Source of the DNA: Gnetum montanum
Taxonomy: Eukaryota; Plantae; Gnetophyta
Length of the DNA stretch: 64,000 nt
NCBI GenBank assembly: GCA_015680685.1
Contig: MNCI01002615.1
Span: forward strand, 208,685 to 272,684
Reading direction: 5' to 3'
The stretch's first letter is position 1. The number at the start of each line of letters is the position of its first letter. The translations under genes and the position numbers were made by a program. Below, piece after piece: positions 27,701 through 40,300 of the stretch. The notes under the pieces are model-generated. The model saw only the letters and a list, made by a program, of their open reading frames with translations. It was not told the origin of the DNA and did no database searches.

Positions 27701-27851
27701 TCTATTCATTTTCCTTTCTACAATGTTCATGATTCATTCATCATATGCTAGTAGATTATCTTCCAATCACAAGTAAGAATTAATTTGCCCAATGCTATCC
27801 CAATCATCATCTTGAAAGATGGCTTCATCAAATGGCATATATGTGACAACA
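24774..27851 (-). repeat. 5' LTR of the Tat element (3078 bp)
   Basis: Plus-strand termini TATTGGCGACC...GACAACA. Homologous to 12121-17883 and followed by the TSD CTATC. Confidence 0.92.
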
Positions 27852-28490
27852 CTATCATGGCACACATTTTGTTAATGATATAATGGAGAAATTTCTACAC
27901 AAAATAAGAATTACACATCATATTGCTACTTCCTATCACCCTTAATCAAATGGTCTAGTTGAAAGTATGAATAAAGAAATTAAAAACGTTTTGTAGAAAG
28001 TTGTAGGAAAGAATAAAATATATTGATCTTATGGATTACCTAATGCATTGTTGGCTATTCATACATCATATAAGTCATCTCTTAGCTTTACCCCATATAA
28101 ACTAGTATTCAGTAAGCAATGCCTTATTCATTCTTCAATATAAAATAAGTCCTTTCAAATGCAACATCAATTTGAATTAAACTGGGACTCATGTCTTTTT
28201 GCCCATTTATTTGCTTTAAATCATTTAAATGAAGATTGTACGCATGCTCTAGAAAGGCAATGTTTGTATAAGAAACAAATGAAGATGTGGCATGATAAAA
28301 ACATTATGTGAAAGCTATTCTTAGAAGGTGATTTAGTATTATTATTTAATAATATGCTTAAGAATTGAAATGGAAGGATCCTTTCAAAGTTATTAAGATC
28401 TTAGGTAATGCTACTATTAACATCTCTAGACTTGGTAGTTCCGAGTCTTTATGGGTGAATGGTAAACAACTTAAACATTATTTTGAATAA
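27852..28490 (+). mobile_element. Continuation of the Athila-like integrase split at 12120
   Basis: Removing the insert and one TSD restores FGNPWTQSSY|HGTHFVNDIMEKFL..THHIATSYHP*SNGLVE..NKEIK..TPYKLVF..GPFKV..VNGKQLKHY. Confidence 0.9.
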
Positions 28491-30517
28491 CAACCCTTCT
28501 TTGATAGTAAGACAATTACCTTAATTGATGCTTCTTCTCAACAAGATAAATTTAATGTAATCATGGACTTGTTTTGAATAGGTCTTTATGAGAATGTTTG
28601 ACTTTTATGCTTCTTATTGTGACAAGTTAATAGCTTTGTTATTATTTGCTTTTATCTTTTTACAAGTATTGGGTGACAAGTACTATGAGCCATACATTAT
28701 ATTTCTATTACTACTTATGCATGGTAGTGATCATTGTTATTATCAAGTCTTTGATAGTGTCTATGAAAGATATCTTTCATGGTATTTAGGCTTCAATGAG
28801 TTAAATCAACAAAGGTTCAACTTGGTTTGTGGCAAGAGTCTTGGGAATTTTTGTTTCAAAACATTTTTAATTTTTTATGTACTTTGTATTTTATGTAAAC
28901 ACAAATATAGGAAAGGTTGGATGATGGGATTTTGTTCCATGGACAAATTTTGTTAGCTTTTCAACTGGAAATTGGTAAATTCTCTTGGTTTATACTAGGT
29001 ATATTGTTAGCTTGATATGTTATTTCATGACAAACTTGAGGCTTTGGGTCTATCTTAATCAGGGACTTGGGATAAGAGACATCATGAGATATTATTCATA
29101 AACCATGGGAGTGCTCATGGGGAATGTCTTGCATAGGGATTTTTTTTCTTTATTTTTCTTTCTTTCTTTTCACACTTTGTTTTCTATTTTCTTTTCCTTA
29201 ATATTTGTTGAAGAATTATGTTAGACTATAAAGTACAAGTAGGATACAACTCACAATCATTTGAAGTCTTACTTCAAGCTTGGTTGCAAGCCGCAATCAC
29301 CTTGGAGTTCACTCTATGGAAGTTTTGCACCTGTGATAGAGTCCAACTTATAGTTCATTACAATTTGGAATTCATGTTTTTGGGTTTCGAACAGTGCAGA
29401 CAACTAGGTTCCACACTACACTACACTGTAATGTTAATTTCTCAAATTTTAGAATAGTGTAATGAGATGCAACCTGTAATTGGTTACAATTTTAAAATTA
29501 TTAAAATATTTTGTTGTCATGCTCTGATGGGTTATGACTCACAATCAATCACAACCCAATTAAAAAACACATAAATAAAAATCATTCCACAAAATAAAAA
29601 TATCATTTTACATCACAAAGCACAATATGACACATCCAATAGCTAAAGTAAGCTTCCATCATATGCATAGTGACTAGATTTGACCTCCAAGCCTTCTTCC
29701 CTTCACAAAATGCCTAAGTTAGGTATCAAATCTCTTATTCTTAAGCATTTTCTCACTGAGATTTCTAGTTGTGTGTTGTTGCAAGTAAATATGAGGCATC
29801 AATGTTATTTTTGGGAATGACTAAACGTTTATGGATGAATTTGGGGTTTTTGGTATCCTCTCTAATATTCTAGTACTTTTTTTGTAGTGTTCCAAGGATT
29901 TTTGTAATTTTGGACATTGTATTAAACTAAGTTTTTGTGTTTTCTTTTAGAATCTTTTGGTTTCAACTTTTTGGGGCTGAAAATTGCTTCAAAAGTTGTT
30001 ATTGCTTCATTTCCCAATTAGAAATAAGTACCCTATGTCCATATCTGGGCTTGGGAAGGTTAATAATGCCTTTGAAATGGCTAAAAATGACATTTTCATG
30101 AGTTTGTGTAAGGGAATAGCCACAAATACGTTGGAGCCATTTTTAGTAGGCATAGTAGCTACAATAGCCATAGTAGCCAGCATAGTCATCACTAGGACCA
30201 AGCAAAGATGCAATGTTGGCATTGTTGGTATGGCCAACGTTGGCATTGTTGGTATGTCCATTCCTCCAACAATAGTCAGTGCATGCATCCCAAGTCAAGA
30301 GTGGCCAGACAACAATCTTCACCAAGCACGACACTTTCCGGAAGGTTCCACCATTTCTATAGTTTTGATTCGTCTTTTCATTTCCCAATACTTTTTCATT
30401 TTCTATTTCCAAAGCCTTCAATGAAGTCACAAATTCATGTTTACTATTTATAGTAAATGGATGGGCTTTTTGTGTATAGTCCACTTTGGACTTACCAAAA
30501 ATACCAACTCTGGTAGC

Positions 30518-30757
30518 AGTAGTTGGTTGACTACACTGCCAGTAGTTCGTTGACTACATTAGTAGTAGTTGGCTGACTATGTTGGTAGTAGTTAGCTAAC
30601 AACACTGGTAGCTGACTATGCTGGTAGTAGTTGGTTGACTACGTTGACAGTAGTTGGTTGACTACGCTAACAATAGTTCATTGACAATGTTGGTAGTAGT
30701 TGGCCAACTATGCTAAGCAATAGTTAGCTCACTATGCTAGCTGTAGTAGTTGTTACT
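30518..30757. repeat. Degenerate 23-bp minisatellite (~10 units) with a palindromic core
   Basis: Units such as AGTAGTTGGTTGACTACACTGCC, AGTAGTTGGCTGACTATGTTGGT and AGTAGTTGGTTGACTACGTTGAC. Confidence 0.85.
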
Positions 30758-31549
30758 ACCCACAATCAACACCAATTTGTTAGCAATTAATGGCAATCAA
30801 CAATAGGCCTAAAAATGGTAACCCTAAACCTATAAAAGCCCAAGCTTGACATCAATTCTAGGTTTTAGACTTTGGGAATTTTTGGCATCATATACAATCA
30901 TTGAAAACACTTGGCATTTTGGCACTTCAGCATTTTAAAACCATTTTGTAGTAACACTATTCCCATTTTCATAGTCATTTTCACTATCCATCAAATCCAT
31001 TTACAACGCAACTACATTTCCAGGAGTGGAAACTAGCGCTACAGCAGAAGTAAGCACTCCCACGTAGTTGTCATTGTCGTTAAAAGTGTAGATCCTATCC
31101 CATTTCCATCTTCGTTGGTAGCCATCAAAACCTATTGCAACCATTACATCCCCACCTCGTAGGACTATTTGGTGGTAAAAGCTAGGACTATGCTGGGCAT
31201 AAAGACTCCCACATAGTTTCTATTGCCTCAAACATGCAACGCCAATCTTGTCTCCATACAGCCAATTTGGTGGAAACTAATAGAAAGTTGCAGTAGACTA
31301 AAGTTGGGAAGAACCCGAATTGTGGAGGTAGCCTTCTCCAATAAACTTCAAGATTCAACAAGCAACCTTATGTGCCCTTGGCACAATACTGTACACTATG
31401 AAAATCAACCTTTATTTATATTCTTTTATAGTATGCATCATAATGAAAGAGTTAAAATTTTTGAGATCCTCATAAGCCCAAGCTAAAGCATCATTAAATT
31501 CATATAACAATTTAATCAAGTTTTGTTTTTCATTTGCATGTAAGTAAGC

Positions 31550-33860
31550 CTGAAGGAAAATGATGAAAGGTTACATAAAACTTAATATCTCCATACCATG
31601 GATCATGTAATCAATTAGGAGCAAACGAGATATCATTCTCCTCATACTCTTGATCTTTAAGTGCATCATGTCTCTCCAAATTTGAGGCTTTAGCTATGAG
31701 CTTAGCAAGACTAGTTACTCTAACTAACTTGGCTACTTTCCATTGAATATCAAACTCTTGTAATTACATAACCCATTTGGCATGTTTTTCACTAGGATCT
31801 TGTAACTTGGCTAATGCAATACTAGCTAAATTAGAAATAATAACAAAAACTTTTGCATTTAACAAATAGTAGTGAAATTTCTTTAGAGCTTTAATAATAG
31901 CATATAATTGTTTGTTTTTTTTTACGAGTGAATATTCTAATTTTGCATCTTCCAAAGATCCAGACATGACAACTATAGGTATTTCACCTTGATTAATGAT
32001 ATCTTGGATTAAGATATTGATGACAGTAACATTCTTAGAAAAAGCATATAAAAGAAAATCATTTTTGTACCATAAAGAATCTAAAATAGAAGCACCTATA
32101 ACAACTTTAATAGCAAGAAAAGCATTTTTCCTTTCTTTTGTCCAATGCATATTACTATCTTTCTTAAGCATCTTGTTTAATGGTCTAACTAATTCAATAT
32201 GAATAGGGATAAATTGTCTAACAGAATTAATTTTTCCAAAGAAAGTTCATAAATCAATCTTAGAAAAGGGATAAGGTACTTCTAAAATAGCATTTACTCA
32301 CTCAAGATCAATCATAATTCCTTCTTAGGTCACTATATGACCAAGAAATTTACCACTTTGAACACCAAAAATAAATTTCTTGGCATTCAAAGTAACACCA
32401 AATCATCTTTATCTTATGAAAATATTTTTGAGGTCTCTACGGTATGTGCCTTGATCTTTAGAGAAAATAGTTAAATCATCAAGATAAATAATGATGCATT
32501 TCTTAATCAATCATTCAAACATTTTATCCATAGCTCTTTGAAAGCTAGAACTAGTGTTTATAAGACCAAAGGACATTTTAGCAAATTGAAACGTTCCGCA
32601 TTTTCTTGTAAAGGCAATCTTATATTGGTCCTTCTTACTTACTATAATTTTATTATATCCTGAATATCCATCTAAAAATAAATACATTTGTGCACCATTT
32701 ATGAGTTGTAAAAGCTCTTCCATTAGAGGAAGTGGGTAATTATTCTTAATACAAGATGTATTAAGGTTACGAAAATTAATACATAATCATATTTCACCTA
32801 TTCGTTTTCTAATTAGCACAAGTTAGATATCCAACTCAAGTATTTCACAAGATAAATAATTTTAGATTCTAAAATTTTATTTATTTTTGCCTTCATCAAA
32901 GTTTCAATCTTGGGGTTAACAAGTCTAAGTTTTTGTATGAATGATTTTGTTTTAGGTTTAGGAGCTATAGTGTGCATCATAATGAGAGAGTTAAAAGTTT
33001 TGAGATCCTCATAAGTCTAAGCTAAAACATCATTAAATTCATATAACAATTCAATCAAGTTTTGTTTTTCATTTGCATGTAAGTGAGCTCCTACTTTAAT
33101 AGAATAGTATTGTCCTTTCTTTTGAATTTGAATTATTTCTATTTCAGTTAGAATTTGCCAATTAGTATTTTTGGATATTTCTTTAGTTCTAATTTATAAA
33201 TCATCAAATAAAGCCTCTCTACTTACTAGTTCAGAAGAGATTTCATTTAAAAATATAACATCATTGGTTACATATTCTTGAGAGATTTTAAAACATTGAT
33301 TAGTAAATTCACCTTTGGAAAATAAAAATTCATAAATATGATGATGATCATCAAAAACTTGGGAAGAAATAATATTATCTACAATGACATAAAACTTAAC
33401 CTTTTTAATGATAATTTCAGAATCGCAAGCATTGTGTCAAAATGGGATGTCTAAAGTAGTGGGCATTTAAGCTAATGCATCAAGAATGTAATTTTCTTCT
33501 CTAAGAATATTTTCTATGGATATGTGATCAAATTCCTTAAAAAGCTCAAGGATGTAAGCTTTATATGCTTCCATGGTAACATCTCGATAGTCAAAATTCT
33601 CATTAATTTGATTTACTATTAGTTCAAAGTCACTATAAATCTTGAGTTTGGATATGTCATAATATTCAGCTAGCTTGATCCTATTTATAAGTACTTCATA
33701 CTTAACCATGTTGTTAGGCATAAGTTATGTGAAAATTGATCGTTCTAAGGATAGGACCTTCATGAGGAGGTATTAGCATTATTTCAACTTCACATCCTTT
33801 TATGGAAGAGACATCATCCACTCTTAATATCCAAGTGTTTAGGTTAGTAAAATCTGAAAA
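31550..33860 (-). mobile_element. Second Tat-type pol fragment (aRH-RT-RH), no LTRs seen
   Basis: aRH at 33467-33845 (WILRVDD..NNMVKYEVLI..IYSDFELIVNQI..REENYILDALA) lies upstream of RT (32511-32723 FLDGYSGYNKI) and RH (31764-32171). Confidence 0.85.
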
Positions 33861-36247
33861 ATTGGCCCTTTTGATCAATGTAATCAAATATTGATGTGTA
33901 AGCCTTGTCATTCTATAAATAAGTCAAAATAATGATAAATTACATGTCACATGCCCATGGAATGTGAATATATGAGCTTTTTCTTCATTTTTGGGCATGG
34001 ATACATAGTTTTATAGCTTGTTTCAATAAGATTGAAGAGATTCAAGGCTCCACAAACTAATTTTTTCATGTTTAAACATAGAAAATGGGGATTCTTCATG
34101 AAACACACTCATGTTGATTTCTTGCAAATCTAAGTTCAAATCAATCTTAAATTAATAGATTTGGTGATTTCCTGCTTGTTTATGCTTTAATTTAAGAAAA
34201 ATGAAAGATATCATATGTTGCTCATGCTTTAACTGAAGTTTCATCATCAAAATGTATCGATTTTATTCATGGAGTTTGGAGGCCAAAAATTTGACAAAAC
34301 ATCATCTTTGACATTTGATCTACACTTGAAAAATCAACTTAAAAATTCCAATGCTTCTGCACATATTTTGGATCTATCATGACTTACTAGCAAGTTGTGA
34401 TTCTGCTTGTGAGAAAGATGGTAATGAAGTCCATTGCCACTTGCAACACAAGTTGCATTGCTTCCAACAACTATTCCTTTTTTTAATAAGGTTTTTTTAA
34501 GAATCTTTAAAATTCAGCATTCAACCATCAACCGGATCCGATCATGACCCTTGATTAAGTCATGGCATAACTGACGGACACTAAATGATCTCCCTAAAAA
34601 AATATGGAAAAATTAGATTTTTCATCCTAAGTGTTAAATCATTCATCATGAGGCATTTATAGTTGATTTTCTAGTTTCTTCTTCAATCTCTCAAGTCGAA
34701 GGATTTTTTTAAGACATCAAACAGATGTCCGAGTAAGATCAAGACTTTTTAGGGTATAGATAGATCTTATGAATCCTCTCCTTGCTACTGTTTCAAGGTG
34801 GCTTGTTTATCATGTTCAGAACAGGTTATCTATAATACGGGGGTCAAAGTTAATTTTGCAAAATACGTGGTACTCATGATTGTGCATTTAGGGAGACAAA
34901 ATACTATTAATTATTGCATAATTCTTATCATTGGCCAGGTGGAACCGACGATCATAAAAAATGTGTCAAAGAATATGCCATTTCCCAAAGTGCCATGTGT
35001 TGCATAAATGTAAATAGGCAATATATGCCATCTAAACCTTGGAAGAGTGTTTTTACAGATTTTGTTTCAGAACTTTCAAATACCAGGCATTGGCATGATT
35101 GAATTGTAGATGTGGATCGTTTAATAAAGCATGAGGTTCATGTTGTCGTTCTTGTCCCACATTTACGTGTGAAACTTCAGGAATCAAAATTAAGAATAAA
35201 CTGTCTTGTAGAATTGGGATGCTCTGTTAGACTTATTGGATCAACCCCTGAAATTTTCACTGTATCTTTCATCACCAGGCAATTCTAACGTTATCATTCC
35301 CCACTCTTTAAAATTTTAAGACTTATCAATCATCAAGCTCATAGAATGTCTCACTACTTTCCAAATTTTCCTCTGTATAACGCTTAATCCATTCAACCAA
35401 TTTTAGCTTTAAGATTTGGCATATTACCTCGTACAATCTAACAGCTTTCTTAACTGGTCTAAATCTCAGCATCATAATTCATCTAAGGTACATCATTCTA
35501 ACTCATACAATCAGTCCTAATTATCTTCATTTGGTTCCAAAGGCTTGGGCAATTGCACTGGAACAATTAAGCTCTATTCCTGAAAATAAAACTGCTGGAG
35601 CTAGCATTGAGAACGTCATAGATTAGTAATTCAATCAGTAAAATATAATTGATAGTATTCTTTAAGCCCATCATACATTTTAAAAAGTCTGAATTATTAT
35701 GTGTACAATGACCAACTTATTCTTATTAAGTGTAAGAAGAAAGCAGAACTATTATCTTGAGCTTGGTGTTCAGTCATCCAATTACATATAAATCCAAACA
35801 GAACCACCACAAAAATGTATATGATATACACAATTGAATCTAATGATTCAAACGTTTTATGACACTATGTGTTCACACTTCATTATACAATTACATTCTA
35901 AAGCATGAAGTTTCCAATGATTTTGTAAAAATTTCCTCTAAACCAAAATATATAGTTCATGAGCAGAATCAGCTTTGTATCATAAGGAATAAGATCAAAA
36001 CTATAATAACTTTCTGTTTACCCTAATGTCAAAAACTGCATTAGGAAAATATGATTTTGAAAAGAAATACATGTCACGCCAAACATGTTACTCTCATTGA
36101 CAACCCGAGAACATCCAATGATATACAAGAATTCTGTTGACAAATATTTGACATGGCATGCGCAGATGCAGGTATGAATGCATTTAATGTAGACAAAACA
36201 TTCGAAAAATACTAAACACTTAATGTAATTGCTGTTTTGTGTGTACA

Positions 36248-36354
36248 TCAAACATTTGCAGAGCTCAAGGCAAGAAAATCAGATATCTTGTTTGTATAAA
36301 AGTTTGGTTGAATGCTGTTATTGGGATTCTCAAGCATTGGCAGAGTAGTGACAC
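36248..36354 (-). CDS. PGLP1: Phosphoglycolate phosphatase (HAD IIA), last coding exon
   Basis: aag|GT GTC... encodes (G)VTTLPMLENPNNSIQPNFYTNKISDFLALSSANV*, matching the PGLP1 C-terminus. Phase is compatible with the preceding exon; the intron is 324 bp. Confidence 0.93.
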
Positions 36355-36678
36355 CTTGTTCATACAAATAACAAAGAAAGATTAGGCATAAATCAAATTT
36401 TAATTTACTAACAAGCTTCCGAATTATAATAGCTATCAGAAAAGATATACGGAACTATGGATGCCTATAGGATCACATATACTTCCAACATTTTAGGAAA
36501 CAATTACATGGAACAAGAAACATGTTCTGGTCGATTTCTTGGCAAACTGAGAAATGCAAATGCATTGAAATTTCATCTAATGTACCAGAAGAAAATTGAT
36601 CTCTTTGAATATTTTCCTTCTTAAATAGTACATCGATTGATCATTTCCAAACCTGTGAGAGTGAAACATTCAGTATAC

Positions 36679-36782
36679 CTGAAAGAACAAGAAGTGTTTT
36701 GCAGCCACCATTTTGTCCAAACATGATATCTGTGTCTAATCTGTCACCTACCATGCATATCTGTGATTTGCTGATCTGAAAT
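36679..36782 (-). CDS. PGLP1: Phosphoglycolate phosphatase exon (HAD motif IV)
   Basis: cag|A TTT...TCA G|gtatac encodes [34 protein letters not shown](G). Confidence 0.96.
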
Positions 36783-37349
36783 CTGCAACAAGAATAAGGT
36801 TACAAGTGTAACGGTAAAAGTTATTTAGAAATAGAATCATATTTGCAGGCAGGGCAAATTAACTCCGATGAAATTGTCATAAATGCTCATAACTACATGA
36901 AATTGTTAGTATTAAAACAGTAAAAGAATTGGAACTCTCTCAGGATTGTGATTAAAAATAATAGTCTAAATGACCGAAAAAAATCCTAATAACGATCTCA
37001 TAACTTTAAAGGAGAAAGTTTATTATGTAGATCCTGCCTTTGTTCTGTGCAACTGATTTCTTCATCCTTTTGTCTTATTGTATGTTTCCATGACCTAGCA
37101 TGTCAATAAAAACTCTGAGTCTTGTTCAGGAGTGGACTCCCTAGGGGAGGTAGGTTTCAGTGAAGCAATAAGCTAGAAATCATCTATTTTCTATCTATAG
37201 ATACCAGAGATACCCATTTCTCTTACTCCATCTGGATTGAGAAAAGAAGAAAAAGACTATTATTGTGTCTTATTGTATATCCAGATTTCCATTCTTCAGG
37301 ATACATTCCATTTTATGCATCAATAGTTGAAAAGTGGATCTCCCAGAGC

Positions 37350-40300
37350 TTTTTTTTTTTTTTTTTTTTTTGGAAAACATTCGGGAATGTATTAACAAGG
37401 AAATGTACAGAGATCAAGAAACAAAAATGGACCGGAGAAGTCTGAAGCCAAATGGCAGACAAGCAGCCCCCAGCGTCAGGGCAAACATCCTACAACACTC
37501 CCAAAAACGGCCAGAAACAGCCCCAGAAACTAGCAAAATGGCCCAAAACAGCCCCTAAACCATCTTTAGGGATGATGAAATGGCTAACCAGAATGTGATA
37601 CAACAAAACTAACAGGAATGACACAGAGAAGACTAGGGATAGCAACCAAGAAAAAAAAGAACACTAGAGCCCCAAAACACACGACGAGATACCCCCAATG
37701 CAGATGAAACTCCATGAATGCCCCCACCATTACGAGTGTCAAGGCAATCTATCGCAATGACAGTGTGGGCTGAAAGTAGCATGTAGTTCGTCCAACTACG
37801 TACGGAACTCCTTTGTGGAGACAAAAGCCACTACCTCTTGGAAGCGCTTAAAGGCCTTTGCCCTTCTAGCATGTTCCACTGCTAACCCTATACCATCGAG
37901 GTGGAGTGGAGCAGGGGCAACACGGATATGATGATGCAATGTTGACCACAGGGCCTTGCGACTGATGTGCATCTGCATATATGGGCATTTACTAGCCTGT
38001 AGCCAAGCTGTGGCATTACTCTTATGAGCCCTTAGCAATCGTTCTTGTTGTTCAGTGTCTTCCTAGGCCTCGCGAATCCATTGCTCTTCTATCTCTTCTT
38101 CCTACACCCTTTGATGCTGCACTATGTTCTCCATTTCTTCCCTAAGCTCCTCCCAAATTCGTTCTTCAAGCACAACCTAGGCCCTTGCCTCCACAACCAG
38201 TTGTTGTTGTTGCAATTCCTCAACTTCAATGGAATGATGCATTTGCAGCTCATGTAGCTAGTGTTGAAACATTTCTTCTTGTGCCTCCCACTTAGCCTAC
38301 CAAGCCTAACTCTCCTCTACCCTAGTGGCCAATGCTGCCTCTTCTCATGCCGATGCAAGCTACATCTCCACCTCCAAACAATTGACCTTAGCCGTGTCAG
38401 CACCCACATTTGTGTTAAAATGAAGTTCAACAAGTTGTCTACCCATGGCCACAAGGGCCAAGCCAACTAACACCCCCCCCCCCCCCCCCCCCAGGTAGTC
38501 TGGTAGACTACCCGTCAACTTCCTATGTCTATGATAGACGGCATGGCTCAGGGATCCCGAAGGACCCATCTGCAGCCCCTCACTAGCCACATGCCACAGA
38601 GCAAGAATAAGACCTGAGTGCCTACCTATCCATTGACATCATAGGGAAGCAAGGAAGAACTCCGAGATGTTCACCTGATGGCCCATATGAAGGTATTGTA
38701 AAAATGCAAAATGCATTCCATGAAGCTTCAACTCATCCCCTAACTAGACAAAATAATGTTCAACCAAATTAGTAGCCAACTACCAAAAGTCAGATAGGGC
38801 GGTGCATGGTAGTTGACCACAAGCAATTCTCGAGATCTAGCCCAGGAAGAAGCTTTGCGCTTCCTATAAACCTCTCGTGATAGGCAAAATCTCTTCCCTA
38901 GAGGCAGGCACACCCAACGCCCTAGCTAGCGCGTCTTCATTAAGGTCAATCCTAACCCCACTGAACACAATAGAGGTATGCTACTAGTTGTTAAAGAATT
39001 CGCCATCTAGCAAAGTCAGATCCCCCACAAGCTTGGGAAGCAGGCCTTCCACCACAACCAAATGCACTAGGTCCCACAATGCAAAGTTGTGCTCGTATCG
39101 TTCCCACGATGGTTCAAACATCGACATCGCAACCATCGCCGTTGAAGCTTCTTTCCAGAATCTACAACCTTCCGCAGCAATATTCGTCAAGAGGGGGAGA
39201 GGCACTTGTCGCAAAATGAGATTGTTCCATGCCTACCACAGACACCAAAGGATGGTCATCACCTAAGAGTCACCCATTAAAAGTAAAGGGAGCGGCAAAC
39301 AAGTAGCCTAGCAAATGGCCTAACTAAAGGGGCAAGTAAAAACGAAATGTTCCCACATCTTCGCCACCTCATTGCAAGTAGGACACATGTCCACTATATT
39401 TAATCTGCATCATTGGAGAGCTACATGCACTGACAGAGACCCATGATTAACAATGCAAAGAAAAGCCTTGATTTTTTCTAGTAGCCTCCCCTACCACACA
39501 ATAGTCCACCCCAGAACCATCAGATACTGAGATTTGATGAGCTCATGCAGGGACACGTGTTGCATCCCAAGTTGGGCCATTCGAAGAGTGTGGCGACACA
39601 AGGCCCGCCAAAGTCTCAAGTCATAACGCATGGCGACCCATTGGTTATACTTGTTTTGCATAAGCCGCACCTAGGGCAGAACATCCAATGCTCCACTAGT
39701 CAGTCTTAATAGCAATTGTTGTTGTCCCATAAGATTAAGATATGCAAATTTGAATATTCCCACCCCTCCTGCATTTCTAGGTTCAACGACCTTGTCCTAG
39801 TGAAGTAAATGCAGTCTCTATCCGCCTCTACACCCCGACTAGACAAATTGTCATATTAATTAATCCACTCTACCCCTAATTTCCAAGGGAGGAAGCAAGA
39901 GACGCAGTAAATTGAGCAATGGACAACAAAACTGTAGAAGCCAACAAAATCCTCCCTTTGTGGGTCAGAAAGTGATTGGTCCAATGATCAATACACGTTT
40001 GCAGCCACTTTAGTAAATTGACCCATTTTTGCCTCCAATTCTAGCCAAACATCGAGAAACCTAGGTACGTATCCTGGTATTGCCCAGGCAAAACCCCTAG
40101 GATACTCACAATCCCAGGCTTAACTATGTTATCAATGTTAGTCATGTAAACCATGGACTTGGCCCTATTGACCTCGAGGCCCACCTCCTCAGCTAACCTA
40201 TTCAATGCCCTATCCAAAGGCTTAGCTTGCGACACCAAGGCCGGTGTAAAGATAATCGTGTTGTCTGCATAATGCCTAGCCAAGCATTCCAGCCCATGAA

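Larger units (their letters stand above)
12121..27851 (-). mobile_element. Full-length decayed Tat-lineage Ty3/Gypsy retrotransposon with two ~3 kb LTRs
   Basis: 5-bp TSD CTATC at 12116-12120 and 27852-27856. Homologous LTRs at 12121-17883 and 24774-27851, both ending ...GACAACA on the plus strand. PBS and PPT are adjacent to the LTRs, and gag-pol lies on the minus strand. Confidence 0.93.

Noticed and set aside
28588-29457. Hydrophobic ORFs as an env-like gene
   Set aside because: T-rich 3' non-coding sequence gives F/L/I-rich translations by chance; no conserved motif seen.
30518-30757. CRISPR-like array
   Set aside because: The units are directly adjacent with no unique spacers, there are no cas genes, and the context is eukaryotic. 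It is a minisatellite.
33900-36000. Additional gene downstream of PGLP1
   Set aside because: Only short ORFs with no recognisable protein motif or consistent exon chain.
36018-36251. 77-aa ORF after the PGLP1 stop
   Set aside because: It lies in the presumed 3' UTR, has a non-ATG start and shows no recognisable homology.
37796-39300. LINE extension as an unrelated insertion or 3'-transduced host gene
   Set aside because: It occupies the same position in three diverged LINEs, is in frame with zf-RVT in two of them, and lies upstream of the poly(A) tail.
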